Shown here in pieces: positions 20,890 through 30,467 of a stretch of 64,000 bases of DNA. This DNA comes from an uncultured Rivularia sp. GTDB taxonomy: Bacteria; Cyanobacteriota; Cyanobacteriia; Cyanobacteriales; Nostocaceae. Location of the stretch: contig OY762007.1 of the NCBI GenBank assembly GCA_963665115.1, positions 6,528,001 through 6,592,000 of the forward strand. Direction: 5' to 3'. The notes under the pieces are model-generated. The model saw only the letters and a program-made list of their open reading frames with translations. It was not told where the DNA came from and searched no databases. The translations under genes and the position numbers were made by a program. Position 1 is the stretch's first letter, and each line of letters opens with the position of its first letter.

Positions 20890-22785
20890 TCACTTTCGCC
20901 AAATTTGCTTTAAAGCGCTGGCGAATTTTGCAATTGCTTCTTCGATTTTCAACATTGTGTTGTCAATCCATGCCAAAACTTGCTCTAATGGATGCTTTTG
21001 ATAACCAACTATTTCGGCTTTGGTTTCAATCCATTCTGGTTTGGCTTCAATTTCTGTTGATTCGTTGATTTGATTTGCAGCGATTTCGCGTTTGCTTCTA
21101 CTTCCTAATTCGGAATTGGAATTACTTACTATTTTTTGCGACTTTTGGGAAGCTTTTGTAGTGCGAGCATCTTGCTCGCTGGGTTTAATATAACTATCCC
21201 GCTCGCTGGGTTTAATATAACTATCCCGCTCGCTAGGTTTAATATAACTATCCCGCTCGCTGGGTTTAATATAACTATCCCGCTCGCTAGGTTTAATATA
21301 ACTATCCCGCTCGCTAGGTTTAATATAACTATCCCGCTCGCTAGGTTTAATATAACTATCCCGCTCGCTTGATTTTGTAGAAGCACTCAGCTCGCTTTTC
21401 AAAATACCTTTCTGTGGCTGCACTAAACCGGCTCTTTCTTTGAGTCGTAAAGTTCGCCAGTTGGGCATTTGAAAGCGTCTAAATAGTTTTTCTGACGATT
21501 TTTTATTTTTTGTAGAAGGGTTTAATTTATTTGATGTTCGATTTCTTGGATTTAATTGTGGGAATCCGTTGCTAATCAATCCATTACCAAATAAATCAGC
21601 ACTACTTAACCAATTATCTTCCGATTGTTCGCTTTGCAACTGAGGATTAGGTTTAGTAGAAGAAAGTAATGGTGTCAATGGAGCCTGCTTAATTTTTTTC
21701 TCTTCGGGTTGTCTGTAAAAGTAATTAAACGCTGCTGAAATCAAAGCTTGAATTTTTGAGGGATGCGTTTCTAAATTACTATCGGCTACGATATCCTGTT
21801 TGCTGACAGTTACTTGTTTATCGCCATATAAGAAAATATCTAATCTAGTTCTTACTACTTTAATAAATTCACCACCGCGCTCTCTGACTATAATTTGAGC
21901 GCGAGATACGGGAGCCAAAGCATTTGTTTCTAAATTCGCAACTACTGTATCTAAAGATGCTACCGTAGCCGGGTTGATTTGCAGGTATTTGTGTTCGCTT
22001 TCTTTTACATCTACTGTAGGTAATGCCTTTTTCGTATGAGCATTGCCAGAAGCAAGTCTTTTCAAGAAACTATTCGTTCTAGATGGGAATTCTGTTTCCC
22101 CATCTACTTGAGATAATCGCCAGGAGCGCCAATAATTAGCAATTTCAGAAATAATCTGGTTTTCTAAAGCTTGCTGTTGCGATGGAGTTAAAATGTCAAG
22201 AATTTCGTTTTGGCTAGTTACCAGAACTAAATTTTGGCTGGAAAGCTGTGAAGCAACTCCTTGAATTTTTTGAGAAGAAGATTTTAGAGTAGTGCGAGCA
22301 TCTTGCTCGCTGGTTTGAATCATTGTAGTGCGAGCATCTTGCTCGCTGGTTTGAATCATTGTAGTGCGAGCATCTTGCTCGCTGGTTTGAATCATTGTAG
22401 TGCGAGCATCTTGCTCGCTGGTTTGATTAGATAGGGAGTGAGATGCTCCTACTACCATTTTCCTACTTTGATTTGTAGAAGAATTAACATATCGCGTTTC
22501 TACGTTTTCAATCACCCGAATAATCGCAGAATCCGAGGAAGGCTCTTCTAAAGGTTGCAAATACAACTTGGATTCCCCTGCCGTTCCAGGAAGTTGAGTG
22601 CCAGCAGACTCAGCAGCTTTTTGTAACAGTAAATATATTGATTTAGATAGTGCTTCTAAAGACCAACTTGTGGCAACTTGCAATTGTCGCAACGAGCGTC
22701 CGAATCCTTCACCGAAGCGCCGGGATTGTTTGTGAAAGAAATTAAATAGCCTGCTTTGATAACGGCCTTTGGAAGCAGAAGACAT
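20890..22785 (-). CDS. Conserved cyanobacterial hypothetical protein with repeat-derived inserts
   Basis: 631-aa ORF; termini GRYQSRLFNF and GYQKHPLEQVLAWID look conserved; internal 12-aa and 9-aa tandem repeats. Confidence 0.8.
   Translation of the reverse strand: MSSASKGRYQSRLFNFFHKQSRRFGEGFGRSLRQLQVATSWSLEALSKSIYLLLQKAAESAGTQLPGTAGESKLYLQPLEEPSSDSAIIRVIENVETRYVNSSTNQSRKMVVGASHSLSNQTSEQDARTTMIQTSEQDARTTMIQTSEQDARTTMIQTSEQDARTTLKSSSQKIQGVASQLSSQNLVLVTSQNEILDILTPSQQQALENQIISEIANYWRSWRLSQVDGETEFPSRTNSFLKRLASGNAHTKKALPTVDVKESEHKYLQINPATVASLDTVVANLETNALAPVSRAQIIVRERGGEFIKVVRTRLDIFLYGDKQVTVSKQDIVADSNLETHPSKIQALISAAFNYFYRQPEEKKIKQAPLTPLLSSTKPNPQLQSEQSEDNWLSSADLFGNGLISNGFPQLNPRNRTSNKLNPSTKNKKSSEKLFRRFQMPNWRTLRLKERAGLVQPQKGILKSELSASTKSSERDSYIKPSERDSYIKPSERDSYIKPSERDSYIKPSERDSYIKPSERDSYIKPSERDSYIKPSEQDARTTKASQKSQKIVSNSNSELGSRSKREIAANQINESTEIEAKPEWIETKAEIVGYQKHPLEQVLAWIDNTMLKIEEAIAKFASALKQIWRK
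21158..21369. repeat. One REP copy plus seven 27-bp tandem repeats (SERDSYIKP)
   Basis: GTAGTGCGAGCATCTTGCTCGCT followed by 7x (G/A)GGTTTAATATAACTATCCCGCTCGCT. Confidence 0.92.
22289..22455. repeat. Four 36-bp REP-containing tandem repeats plus an inverted REP
   Basis: GTAGTGCGAGCATCTTGCTCGCTGGTTTGAATCATT x~4, then AGGGAGTGAGATGCTCCTACTAC. Confidence 0.92.
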
Positions 22786-23041
22786 GGTAGGAAAGGTTAA
22801 ATAAGGAGTAGGAAGTAGGAAGTAGGGAGTAGGAAGTAGGGAGTTAGGAGTTGGGAGTTAGGAGTTATCTACCCCCTCTACCCCCTCTCCCTCAATTGGG
22901 TAATCTTTTAACGAGATTAAGAGTTAGCAGCTATACAAAGTTGTTACATGAGAAGATTCATTTTTAATTTATAGGTATCTTTTTTAAATGGTTCTTTTAC
23001 TATTGAGCGTATAGAACTTTTCACCCGATTTTAGCTGAAAG

Positions 23042-26000
23042 ATGACCAATTCTATATCTGAATCTAATACAAATATTAATTCACAAAGTAATTCACAAAC
23101 TATTTCGCAAGCTATAGAAAAACTGCGTGCTTTTTCTGAAATGGATGTTCGCGAATGTTGGCGCTGTTTTTCAGGTGATATGAGTGTTACGGAGGTTTTC
23201 GCGTCGGATTTTTCTGATTGGGAAACTAGGGAGTTAAACGCGAAAGGACATATTGCTTGGGAGAAGGGTAAAAAAGTGCTTTGGTTGGCACAAAAATTAA
23301 TTGTCCCCTCTTATTTGCAGGGTTATCCGCTCGAAGGTTTGTGTTTGCGATTGGCTTTGGTTTGGTGGGCCGACTCCGCTCAAGTCTATATTAATGGTTC
23401 TTTGGTTGGTGAAGGAGATTTATTTGATGTTTCGCAAAGAGTCTTATTAACTGAGTCGGTGATTCCCGGAGTTGAGTTTACTGTTGCTTTGCGTTTGGTA
23501 AGTCCTGGACATGATAATGGTGCTTTGGTAAGTTCAAAGTGCGTTTATGAAGCTGTTGGGAATAGGAATAATATAGATCCCGGTTTTGTGGCTTCGGAGT
23601 TGGCAATAGTGCAGCGTTATTGTGAGGCTTTTGCTCCGGATAAGTTGGATGTGGTTGCTGGGTTGGTAAAGGAAGTTACTGAGGTTATAAACCGCAGAGG
23701 CGCAGAGGGCGCTGAGGAAGAAGGGAAGAGAGAGGAGGTAAAGCAAGCAGTTAATAAGTCGTTGCTTTTTCTGGGTAATAAGCTAAATCAATCCAAAATC
23801 CAGCTTGTTGGCCATGCACATTTGGATATGGCTTGGTTGTGGCGGGTGAGTGAAACTTGGGAGGCTGCTAAGAATACTTTTGCGTCGGTTTTAAAGCTGC
23901 AAGAGGATTTTCCTGAGTTGATTTTTTGTCATTCTACTCCGGCGCTTTATGCTTGGGTGGAAGAAAATTGTCCGGATTTATTTGCACAAATAAAAAAAGC
24001 TGTTAAAAATCAACTTTGGGAAGTTGTCGGTGCTTTTTGGGTGGAGCCGGAATTAAATATAATTTCTGGTGAGTCGATTGTTCGTCAATTATTATACGGT
24101 CAACTTTACGTCAAAGAAAAATTTGGCGAATTCTCTACGGTGGCGTGGCTTCCTGATAGCTTTGGTTTTTGCTGGACTTTACCGCAGTTTATGATTAGTG
24201 CGGGAGTTGAATATTTTGTTACTGAAAAACTGATTTGGAACGACACTACCAACTTTCCTTACGGTGCTTTTTGGTGGCGATCGCCTGATGGTAGCGAAAT
24301 ATTTAGTTTAATGTCAGCGCCGATTGGTCAAGGTATCGATCCGGTAAAAATGGTAGAATACGCGATTGCCTGGGAGAAACAAACGGGTTTACAAAATTAT
24401 CTATGGCTTCCCGGAGTCGGCGACCACGGCGGCGGGCCAACTCGCGATATGCTTGAAATAGCCCGACGCTGGGAGAATTCATCTGTTTGCCCCGATTTTG
24501 AATTCACCACCGTTGAGAAGTATTTGCGGGAAATTAAAGACGAGGGGATGGTAAGCCACTGCGTTGGGCGGGTTCCCCGACTTGTAGCAAGTGGCGCAAC
24601 CCGAAGGGGGAGAGAAGGAGACAACGAACAAATTTCTACCCCCTCTACCCCCTCTACCCCCTCCTTCCCAGTCTGGAACGACGAACTATATCTAGAATTT
24701 CATCGCGGTTGTTACACTACTCATGGCGACCAAAAGCTTTACAATCGTCGCGGTGAAAATTTGCTGTATGAAGCGGAATTATTTGCGAGTTTGGCTACTA
24801 TTTGCTGTGGTGTGGATTATCCGAAGGCTGAAATTGAAGCTGCTTGGAAAAAACTTTTATTTAACCAATTTCACGATATTTTACCTGGCTCCTCAATTCC
24901 GGAAGTTTATCAAGATGCTGAACCAGAATGGCAGGAGATGCAAAACACCGCAACGGAAATATTGCAGCAGTCTTTAGAAACTTTAACGAGTCAAATCAAT
25001 TTACCACATCCGCCAAAACCCGATAGTTTACCCGTTGTTGTTTTCAATTCTCTTAATTGGCAGCGTTCGGAAGTTATATCTGTTTTACCTCCGCAAACTA
25101 ATAACCAACAATGGCAAGTTTACGATAGTTCGGGCAATCAAATTACTTCTCAAATCGATGCTGATGCAAATTTGTTATTCTTAGCAAACAATATTCCTGC
25201 AATTGGCTATTGCTTATATTGGCTTTCTCCCCATCAAGAGCCACAAGAAAATCAATCAAAAACTATAGCGCTACAGTTTATTTTGGATAATGAATTTTTA
25301 CGGGTAGTCGTAAATGAAGAAACTGGGGACTTAAGCAGCGTTTTTGATAAATTAAATAATCGCGAAATACTTTCAGGAAACGGTAATCAACTGCAAGCTT
25401 TTAAAGATGAAGGTCAATATTGGGATGCATGGAACATCGATCCCAATTATGCCGAGCATATTTTACCATCATTAAAACTCAAATCTATCGAATGGATTGA
25501 ACAAGGAATATTACAGCAGCGATTGCGGGTAGTGCGTCAGTTGGGAGAATCGGAATTTATTCAAGACTATATTTTGCAAGTTAAGTCACAAATCTTGAAA
25601 ATTCATACTAAAGTCAACTGGTTAGAGCGCCACGTTTTAGTAAAAGCTGCCTTTCCCTTGAACTTAGAAGCAGACTTTGCAACTTATGAAATTCCCTGCG
25701 GTGCAATTCAACGCACAACCAAACCTCAAACAGCAGCAGAAAAAGCGAAATGGGAAGTTCCCGCGTTGCGTTGGGCGGATTTGACGGAAAGTGACGAGGG
25801 GATGGGGAGATGGGGAGACAAGGAGACAAGAGGAGATGAAAATATCCGTCGTAGTGGGAGCATCTTGCTCCCTAGTAATTCCTCAAACGTGCAAGATACC
25901 CGCACTGGAAACCCAAGCATGGAAGATATCCACACTGGCAACGAAACATCTAACTTAAAAGACAATTGCTATGGTGTGAGTTTATTAAATGATTGCAAAT

Positions 26001-26479
26001 ATGGTTATGATGCTCAACCTTGGGAATTACGATTGAGTTTGTTAAGAAGTCCGGAATGGCCGAATCCGGAAGCTGACAAAGGTAATCATGAATTTAGCTA
26101 TGGTTTGTATCCCCATGCGGGAAGTTGGGAAAAAGCGCAGACGGTGAAGCGTGGGTATGAATTCAACCACCCTTTAAAAGTAGTGCTTTGTGAAAATAAA
26201 CCGCAAACTCAAACATTGAAAGACAAAGGCAGTTTTATAAGTATATCTGCTCAAAATTCCGGTCAAAGCTTAATATTAATGGCATTTAAACAAGCCGAAG
26301 ACAACCCCCAACAATGGGTTCTACGCTGTTATGAATGTGATGGAGAAACAGCAGAATTTCAACTCACCAGCGATATCGGCTTAAATGTAAAGGAATCTGT
26401 AGATTTATTAGAACGTCCTCTACCAACTTCATTTACAATCGAGCCGTGGAAAATCGCAAGCTTTACAGTTAACAGTTAA
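23042..26479 (+). CDS. Alpha-mannosidase (GH38)
   Basis: GHAHLDMAWLW, WLPDSFG, GVGDHGGGP, ELYLEFHRG and NQFHDILPGSSI motifs. Confidence 0.95.
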   Translation: MTNSISESNTNINSQSNSQTISQAIEKLRAFSEMDVRECWRCFSGDMSVTEVFASDFSDWETRELNAKGHIAWEKGKKVLWLAQKLIVPSYLQGYPLEGLCLRLALVWWADSAQVYINGSLVGEGDLFDVSQRVLLTESVIPGVEFTVALRLVSPGHDNGALVSSKCVYEAVGNRNNIDPGFVASELAIVQRYCEAFAPDKLDVVAGLVKEVTEVINRRGAEGAEEEGKREEVKQAVNKSLLFLGNKLNQSKIQLVGHAHLDMAWLWRVSETWEAAKNTFASVLKLQEDFPELIFCHSTPALYAWVEENCPDLFAQIKKAVKNQLWEVVGAFWVEPELNIISGESIVRQLLYGQLYVKEKFGEFSTVAWLPDSFGFCWTLPQFMISAGVEYFVTEKLIWNDTTNFPYGAFWWRSPDGSEIFSLMSAPIGQGIDPVKMVEYAIAWEKQTGLQNYLWLPGVGDHGGGPTRDMLEIARRWENSSVCPDFEFTTVEKYLREIKDEGMVSHCVGRVPRLVASGATRRGREGDNEQISTPSTPSTPSFPVWNDELYLEFHRGCYTTHGDQKLYNRRGENLLYEAELFASLATICCGVDYPKAEIEAAWKKLLFNQFHDILPGSSIPEVYQDAEPEWQEMQNTATEILQQSLETLTSQINLPHPPKPDSLPVVVFNSLNWQRSEVISVLPPQTNNQQWQVYDSSGNQITSQIDADANLLFLANNIPAIGYCLYWLSPHQEPQENQSKTIALQFILDNEFLRVVVNEETGDLSSVFDKLNNREILSGNGNQLQAFKDEGQYWDAWNIDPNYAEHILPSLKLKSIEWIEQGILQQRLRVVRQLGESEFIQDYILQVKSQILKIHTKVNWLERHVLVKAAFPLNLEADFATYEIPCGAIQRTTKPQTAAEKAKWEVPALRWADLTESDEGMGRWGDKETRGDENIRRSGSILLPSNSSNVQDTRTGNPSMEDIHTGNETSNLKDNCYGVSLLNDCKYGYDAQPWELRLSLLRSPEWPNPEADKGNHEFSYGLYPHAGSWEKAQTVKRGYEFNHPLKVVLCENKPQTQTLKDKGSFISISAQNSGQSLILMAFKQAEDNPQQWVLRCYECDGETAEFQLTSDIGLNVKESVDLLERPLPTSFTIEPWKIASFTVNS

Positions 26480-26483
26480 CAGT

Positions 26484-26753
26484 GAGTTGGGAGTTGGGGG
26501 TAGGGAGTAGGGAGTAGGGAGTAGGGAGTAGGGAGTTGGGAGTTGGGAGTAGGGAGTAGGGGGTAGGGAGTAGGGAGTAGGGAGTTGGGAGTTGGGAGTT
26601 GGGAGTAGGGAGTAGGGAGTAGGGAGTTGGGAGTAGAAAGTAGGGAGTAGGGAGTTGGGAGTTGGGAGTAGGGAGTTGGGAGTTGGGAGTTGGGAGTTGG
26701 GAGTTGGGAGTAGGAAGTTGGGAGTAGGGAGTTGGGAGTTGGGAGTTGGGGGT
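26484..26753. repeat. STRR heptamer tract (GGGAGTT/GGGAGTA)
   Basis: About 270 bp of tandem heptamers. Shorter STRR tracts occur near 17535, 22805, 26785, 32290, 45480 and 46570. Confidence 0.92.
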
Positions 26754-26848
26754 AGTGAATTGTAAATAAGGAGTTAATGATTGATTACCAATTACCAATT
26801 ACCAATTACCCATGCCCAATGCCCAATGCCCAATTCCCAATCCCCTAC

Positions 26849-26980
26849 TTAATCTTCATGGTCTTCAAAGGGGTCGCCGAGTTCCTTGCTGGGTGGGCCA
26901 AAGGAGGTATAAACGGACATCACTGTAACTGTAACTAAGACAGCAGCGACGGAAATGCTGAGAACTATTGCGGGTTCCAT
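26849..26980 (-). CDS. psbN: PsbN
   Basis: Manual translation MEPAIVLSISVAAVLVTVTVMSVYTSFGPPSKELGDPFEDHED; divergent from psbH. Confidence 0.97.
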   Translation of the reverse strand: MEPAIVLSISVAAVLVTVTVMSVYTSFGPPSKELGDPFEDHED

Positions 26981-27180
26981 ATTGGGTGTATATTATGAGT
27001 ATTATTTTTACATTTTATAATATTTTCATAAAAGTTAATACATCGTAATTCCCGTCAAGACCGTGCTATTCGATGAAGCTATATAAAACGAGGTGGCAAT
27101 TTCACGCGCCTTGAAATGATATACTTATCAACATTACAGATGATTAAAAAATTTTTTGGTAACTAACCTGGAATTAGATT

Positions 27181-27384
27181 ATGGCGCAAAGAACACGTTT
27201 GGGAGATGTTCTCAGACCCTTGAATGCTGAGTATGGTAAAGTGGCTCCCGGTTGGGGTACTACCCCATTAATGGCTGTTTTCATGCTGTTATTTTTTGTT
27301 TTTCTGTTGATTATTCTGCAACTTTATAACAAATCAATCATTATTCAGGGTATTAATGTGGATTGGAGAAGCTTAGGTTTGTAA
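27181..27384 (+). CDS. psbH: Photosystem II protein H
   Basis: [21 protein letters not shown]. Confidence 0.98.
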   Translation: MAQRTRLGDVLRPLNAEYGKVAPGWGTTPLMAVFMLLFFVFLLIILQLYNKSIIIQGINVDWRSLGL

Positions 27385-27417
27385 GTTAGATACTTTCAGA
27401 TATAAGGATAAATTTGA

Positions 27418-27444
27418 ATCCAGGAGTTGTCCTGGGTTTTTTTT
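27418..27444 (+). terminator. Probable intrinsic terminator after psbH
   Basis: CCAGGA-GTTG-TCCTGG stem-loop followed by a T8 run. Confidence 0.7.
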
Positions 27445-27716
27445 GCGAATTTCTAGGGGGATGGGGAGACAAGGAGACATTATTAAAGTAGTAAGTAGTA
27501 AGTAGTGAGTAGTAAGTAGTGAGTAAAAATAGACGTAATTAGCAGCGACATTTATGAAAATCAGAATAAAAAGTGATTTACTTGCTACTCGCTACTCTCT
27601 ACTCACTACTTGTTACTCCTAACTCCTAACTGCTCACTGTTCACTGTTAACTGTTCCCTCAAGTCGTTAAACTACAGATGTGGATTAAGAATTTTTGAGT
27701 TCACAGGAGAAAAGAA

Positions 27717-27968
27717 ATGAATATATTCGGTATCGGTTTACCAGAGATGGCTGTAATTATGGCTGTTGCGCTGTTGGTTTTTGGTCCGAAAAAGCTGCCG
27801 GAAATTGGTCGCAGTATGGGAAAAGCTATTCGTGGCTTTCAAGATGCTTCGACAGAGTTTCAAGAAGAGTTTAAAAAAGAAGCTTCACAATTGGAGGAAG
27901 CTGTCAAAACGACTGCCGAACTTGAGCCTAAGCTTGGTAGTGGGGTAGAAAAAAAAGAGCAAGCTTAA
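27717..27968 (+). CDS. tatA: TatA/E translocase subunit
   Basis: FGIGLPEM...FGPKKLPEIGRSMGKAIRGF. Confidence 0.95.
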   Translation: MNIFGIGLPEMAVIMAVALLVFGPKKLPEIGRSMGKAIRGFQDASTEFQEEFKKEASQLEEAVKTTAELEPKLGSGVEKKEQA

Positions 27969-28100
27969 TGAATCAATCTCGTTTCGTAGTAAGAACTTTA
28001 GTCCTCCAATCCAAGTAATAAAGTCTTTACTACGAACTTTCTCTTAATTAATAAAACGCATTACTGGTTTATAATTGATCGCTTATTATTTATTCTTATC

Positions 28101-28799
28101 ATGCAAGCTGCTAGTAAAAATTCCCCAGGGAAAACTATATTGATTCCTCAGCTAATTGTTGGTTTGGGAAATCCAGAACCCAAATACGATCGAACGCGGC
28201 ATAATATCGGTTTTGCTGCAATTGATGTTTTGTCCCGTTCTTGGCAGGCATCTTTAAGCGAAAATCGTAAATTTAAAGGTGAGTACGCTGAAACAACTGC
28301 ACCAGGTGGAAAAAAAGTTCATTTGCTCAAACCTTTAACCTACATGAATCTTTCGGGACAATCAATAGGTGCAGTGTGTTCTTGGTACAAATTGAAGCCG
28401 GAATCTGTATTAGTTATTTATGATGATATGGATTTGCCCGTGGGAAGAGTTCGTTTGCGTTTATCGGGTGCTGCTGGCGGACATAACGGCATGAAAAGCA
28501 CTATTTCTCATCTTAGTTCCAAAAATTTCCCCCGCTTACGTATTGGAATTGGTAGACCAAAAAACCCTGCAACCAGCGAAAATGGTACTGTTTCTCATGT
28601 TTTAGGAAAGTTTTCTCCCGATGAAAATGAGGTGATGTCTTCAGTTCTTAATTATGTCGTTGAATGTGTCGAATTATGCCTTAAAAAAGGTGTAGAAAAG
28701 GCAATGAATGACTGTAATCGCAAAAATTTGAATGTGTCTAAGGAAGAGAAGGGGGACAAGGAGACAAGGGGACAAGGAGACAAGGAGACAAGGGGATAA
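28101..28799 (+). CDS. pth: Peptidyl-tRNA hydrolase
   Basis: LIVGLGNP, TRHNIGF, KPLTYMNLSG and GGHNGMKS motifs. Confidence 0.96.
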   Translation: MQAASKNSPGKTILIPQLIVGLGNPEPKYDRTRHNIGFAAIDVLSRSWQASLSENRKFKGEYAETTAPGGKKVHLLKPLTYMNLSGQSIGAVCSWYKLKPESVLVIYDDMDLPVGRVRLRLSGAAGGHNGMKSTISHLSSKNFPRLRIGIGRPKNPATSENGTVSHVLGKFSPDENEVMSSVLNYVVECVELCLKKGVEKAMNDCNRKNLNVSKEEKGDKETRGQGDKETRG

Positions 28800-28852
28800 T
28801 AAAAAATTGTTTCTAACTATTACCAATTACCAATTCCCAAATAGGATTAGCA

Positions 28853-28887
28853 AAACAAGCGCTACTGATTAAGTAACGCTTGTTTGC
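28853..28887. terminator. Hairpin between convergent pth and rpsU
   Basis: AAACAAGCG ... CGCTTGTTT inverted repeat. Confidence 0.5.
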
Positions 28888-29098
28888 TTTTAGAATTGAT
28901 TTGTTGATGGGCGATTAATGGTAATATTTGCCTCGTTCAACTATATTACGGAAATTTCAAAGTGCTTTACATTTAGAAAAGTCCTTATTCGAGTTGTTAA
29001 TGTTTAGATATATTTTGCCGTTTACCATGTTCTTTAAGTAAATTAGGCACCGTCTTTGATGAATTTGAAACGTTTGCAAATAGTAAAATTACTCATAC

Positions 29099-29281
29099 TT
29101 ACTTATTGAAACGTCTTTTGCGTCTTGCTGCGACTGCTTTACGTTTACGCTTATCCTGTGGGGTTTCAAAATGCCGATGAGACTTAATATCGGACAAAAT
29201 ACCCGCTTTGGAAACTTGACGCTTAAATCGACGTAAAGCTGAGTCTATTCCTTCGTTTTCACCTAAAACCACTTGGGTCAT
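29099..29281 (-). CDS. rpsU: 30S ribosomal protein S21
   Basis: [20 protein letters not shown]...HFETP. Confidence 0.96.
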   Translation of the reverse strand: MTQVVLGENEGIDSALRRFKRQVSKAGILSDIKSHRHFETPQDKRKRKAVAARRKRRFNK

Positions 29282-29443
29282 TCTAATCCCTCGTTGTCAA
29301 CAACTATATCTGTACTTTATTTTAATATGCTGGTTTATCGGGATCAAAATATTCCACGATTTACCAAAATTCAAACAAGACTATTGTCTTGAATGTAGAA
29401 ACTGGAATTTCCAGATTTCCTATTTTACCTTTCAATCGGGTTT

Positions 29444-30313
29444 CTATGTATCATGTATCTCATAATCTGAGTTTTTCAGAGTCAGAGCAAGTTGATAAAG
29501 CTGACGACGGGGTAAAGATGTTGATGCAGCTAGCTGACGACTCGCTTGTGATGGCGATATTCCTTGATTCATGATTGTTTCTAACTCAGCAACAAGTTCT
29601 TCTTGTGTAAACTCCCGTTGAGTGGGGGAGTTCCCCGCGACAACCAAAGTATATTCACCTATAGGAACCTTGGATTCATAGTAGCTACAAGCACCATTCA
29701 TAGTTCCGCGCCAAAACTCTTCATACATTTTAGTTAATTCTCGCGCTAAGACAATTTGTCTATCGTCGCCAAATATTTCTCTCATATCTTGTAAAGTTGA
29801 TCGCAAACGATGGGGGGATTCGTAGAAAATCAAAGTACGCTCCTCTGATTTCAAGGATTCTAAGTGCGATCGCCTTTGTTTTGATTTAGCATTCAGAAAT
29901 CCTTCAAATACAAATTTGTCTGTAGAAATCCCCGAAGCACTTAATGCAGTAATCGCTGCAACCGCTCCAGGAATAGGAACTACAGTAATCCCAGCTTCCA
30001 CGCAAGCTTTTACTAATTCATAACCTGGATCGGAAATTCCTGGCATCCCAGCATCCGAGACAAGAGCTATAGCAATTCCTTCCTCCAACTGCTTTAATAA
30101 TTCTGGAATCCGACTGTGGCGATTATGTTCGTGATAACTAATTTGTGGCGTATTAACTTGAAAATGCTTTAAAAGTTTTCCCGTATGGCGAGTATCTTCA
30201 GCAGCAATAAAATCCACCGACTGCAAAATTCGCACTCCTCGGAAAGTCATATCTTCCAAGTTCCCAATCGGAGTGCCAACAATGTAAAGTACACCTGGTT
30301 TTGGTTCAGTCAT
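29444..30313 (-). CDS. rsmI: 16S rRNA (C1402-2'-O)-methyltransferase
   Basis: LYIVGTPIGNLEDMT, AEDTR, SDAGMPGISDPG and FYESPHR motifs. Confidence 0.96.
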   Translation of the reverse strand: MTEPKPGVLYIVGTPIGNLEDMTFRGVRILQSVDFIAAEDTRHTGKLLKHFQVNTPQISYHEHNRHSRIPELLKQLEEGIAIALVSDAGMPGISDPGYELVKACVEAGITVVPIPGAVAAITALSASGISTDKFVFEGFLNAKSKQRRSHLESLKSEERTLIFYESPHRLRSTLQDMREIFGDDRQIVLARELTKMYEEFWRGTMNGACSYYESKVPIGEYTLVVAGNSPTQREFTQEELVAELETIMNQGISPSQASRQLAASTSLPRRQLYQLALTLKNSDYEIHDT

Positions 30314-30467
30314 TTATCAGTTATCAATTATCAATGAACAATTATCAATGAACAATTATCAGTTAGCAGTGTGGAAGTTATTTATTTTGATATTTTAGTT
30401 GGTTTCTGTATTGTCCATTCCCAATTCTCAATGCCCCATGCCCCATGCCCAATTCCCCAAATTCATC

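Noticed and set aside
21158..22455. 27-bp and 36-bp repeat arrays as CRISPR
   Set aside because: No variable spacers; both are in frame within one CDS and are REP-derived
26469..26798. 109-aa ORF of PTPNSQL repeats
   Set aside because: It is a translation of the STRR tract, as are ORFs 17510-17701 and 45437-45673
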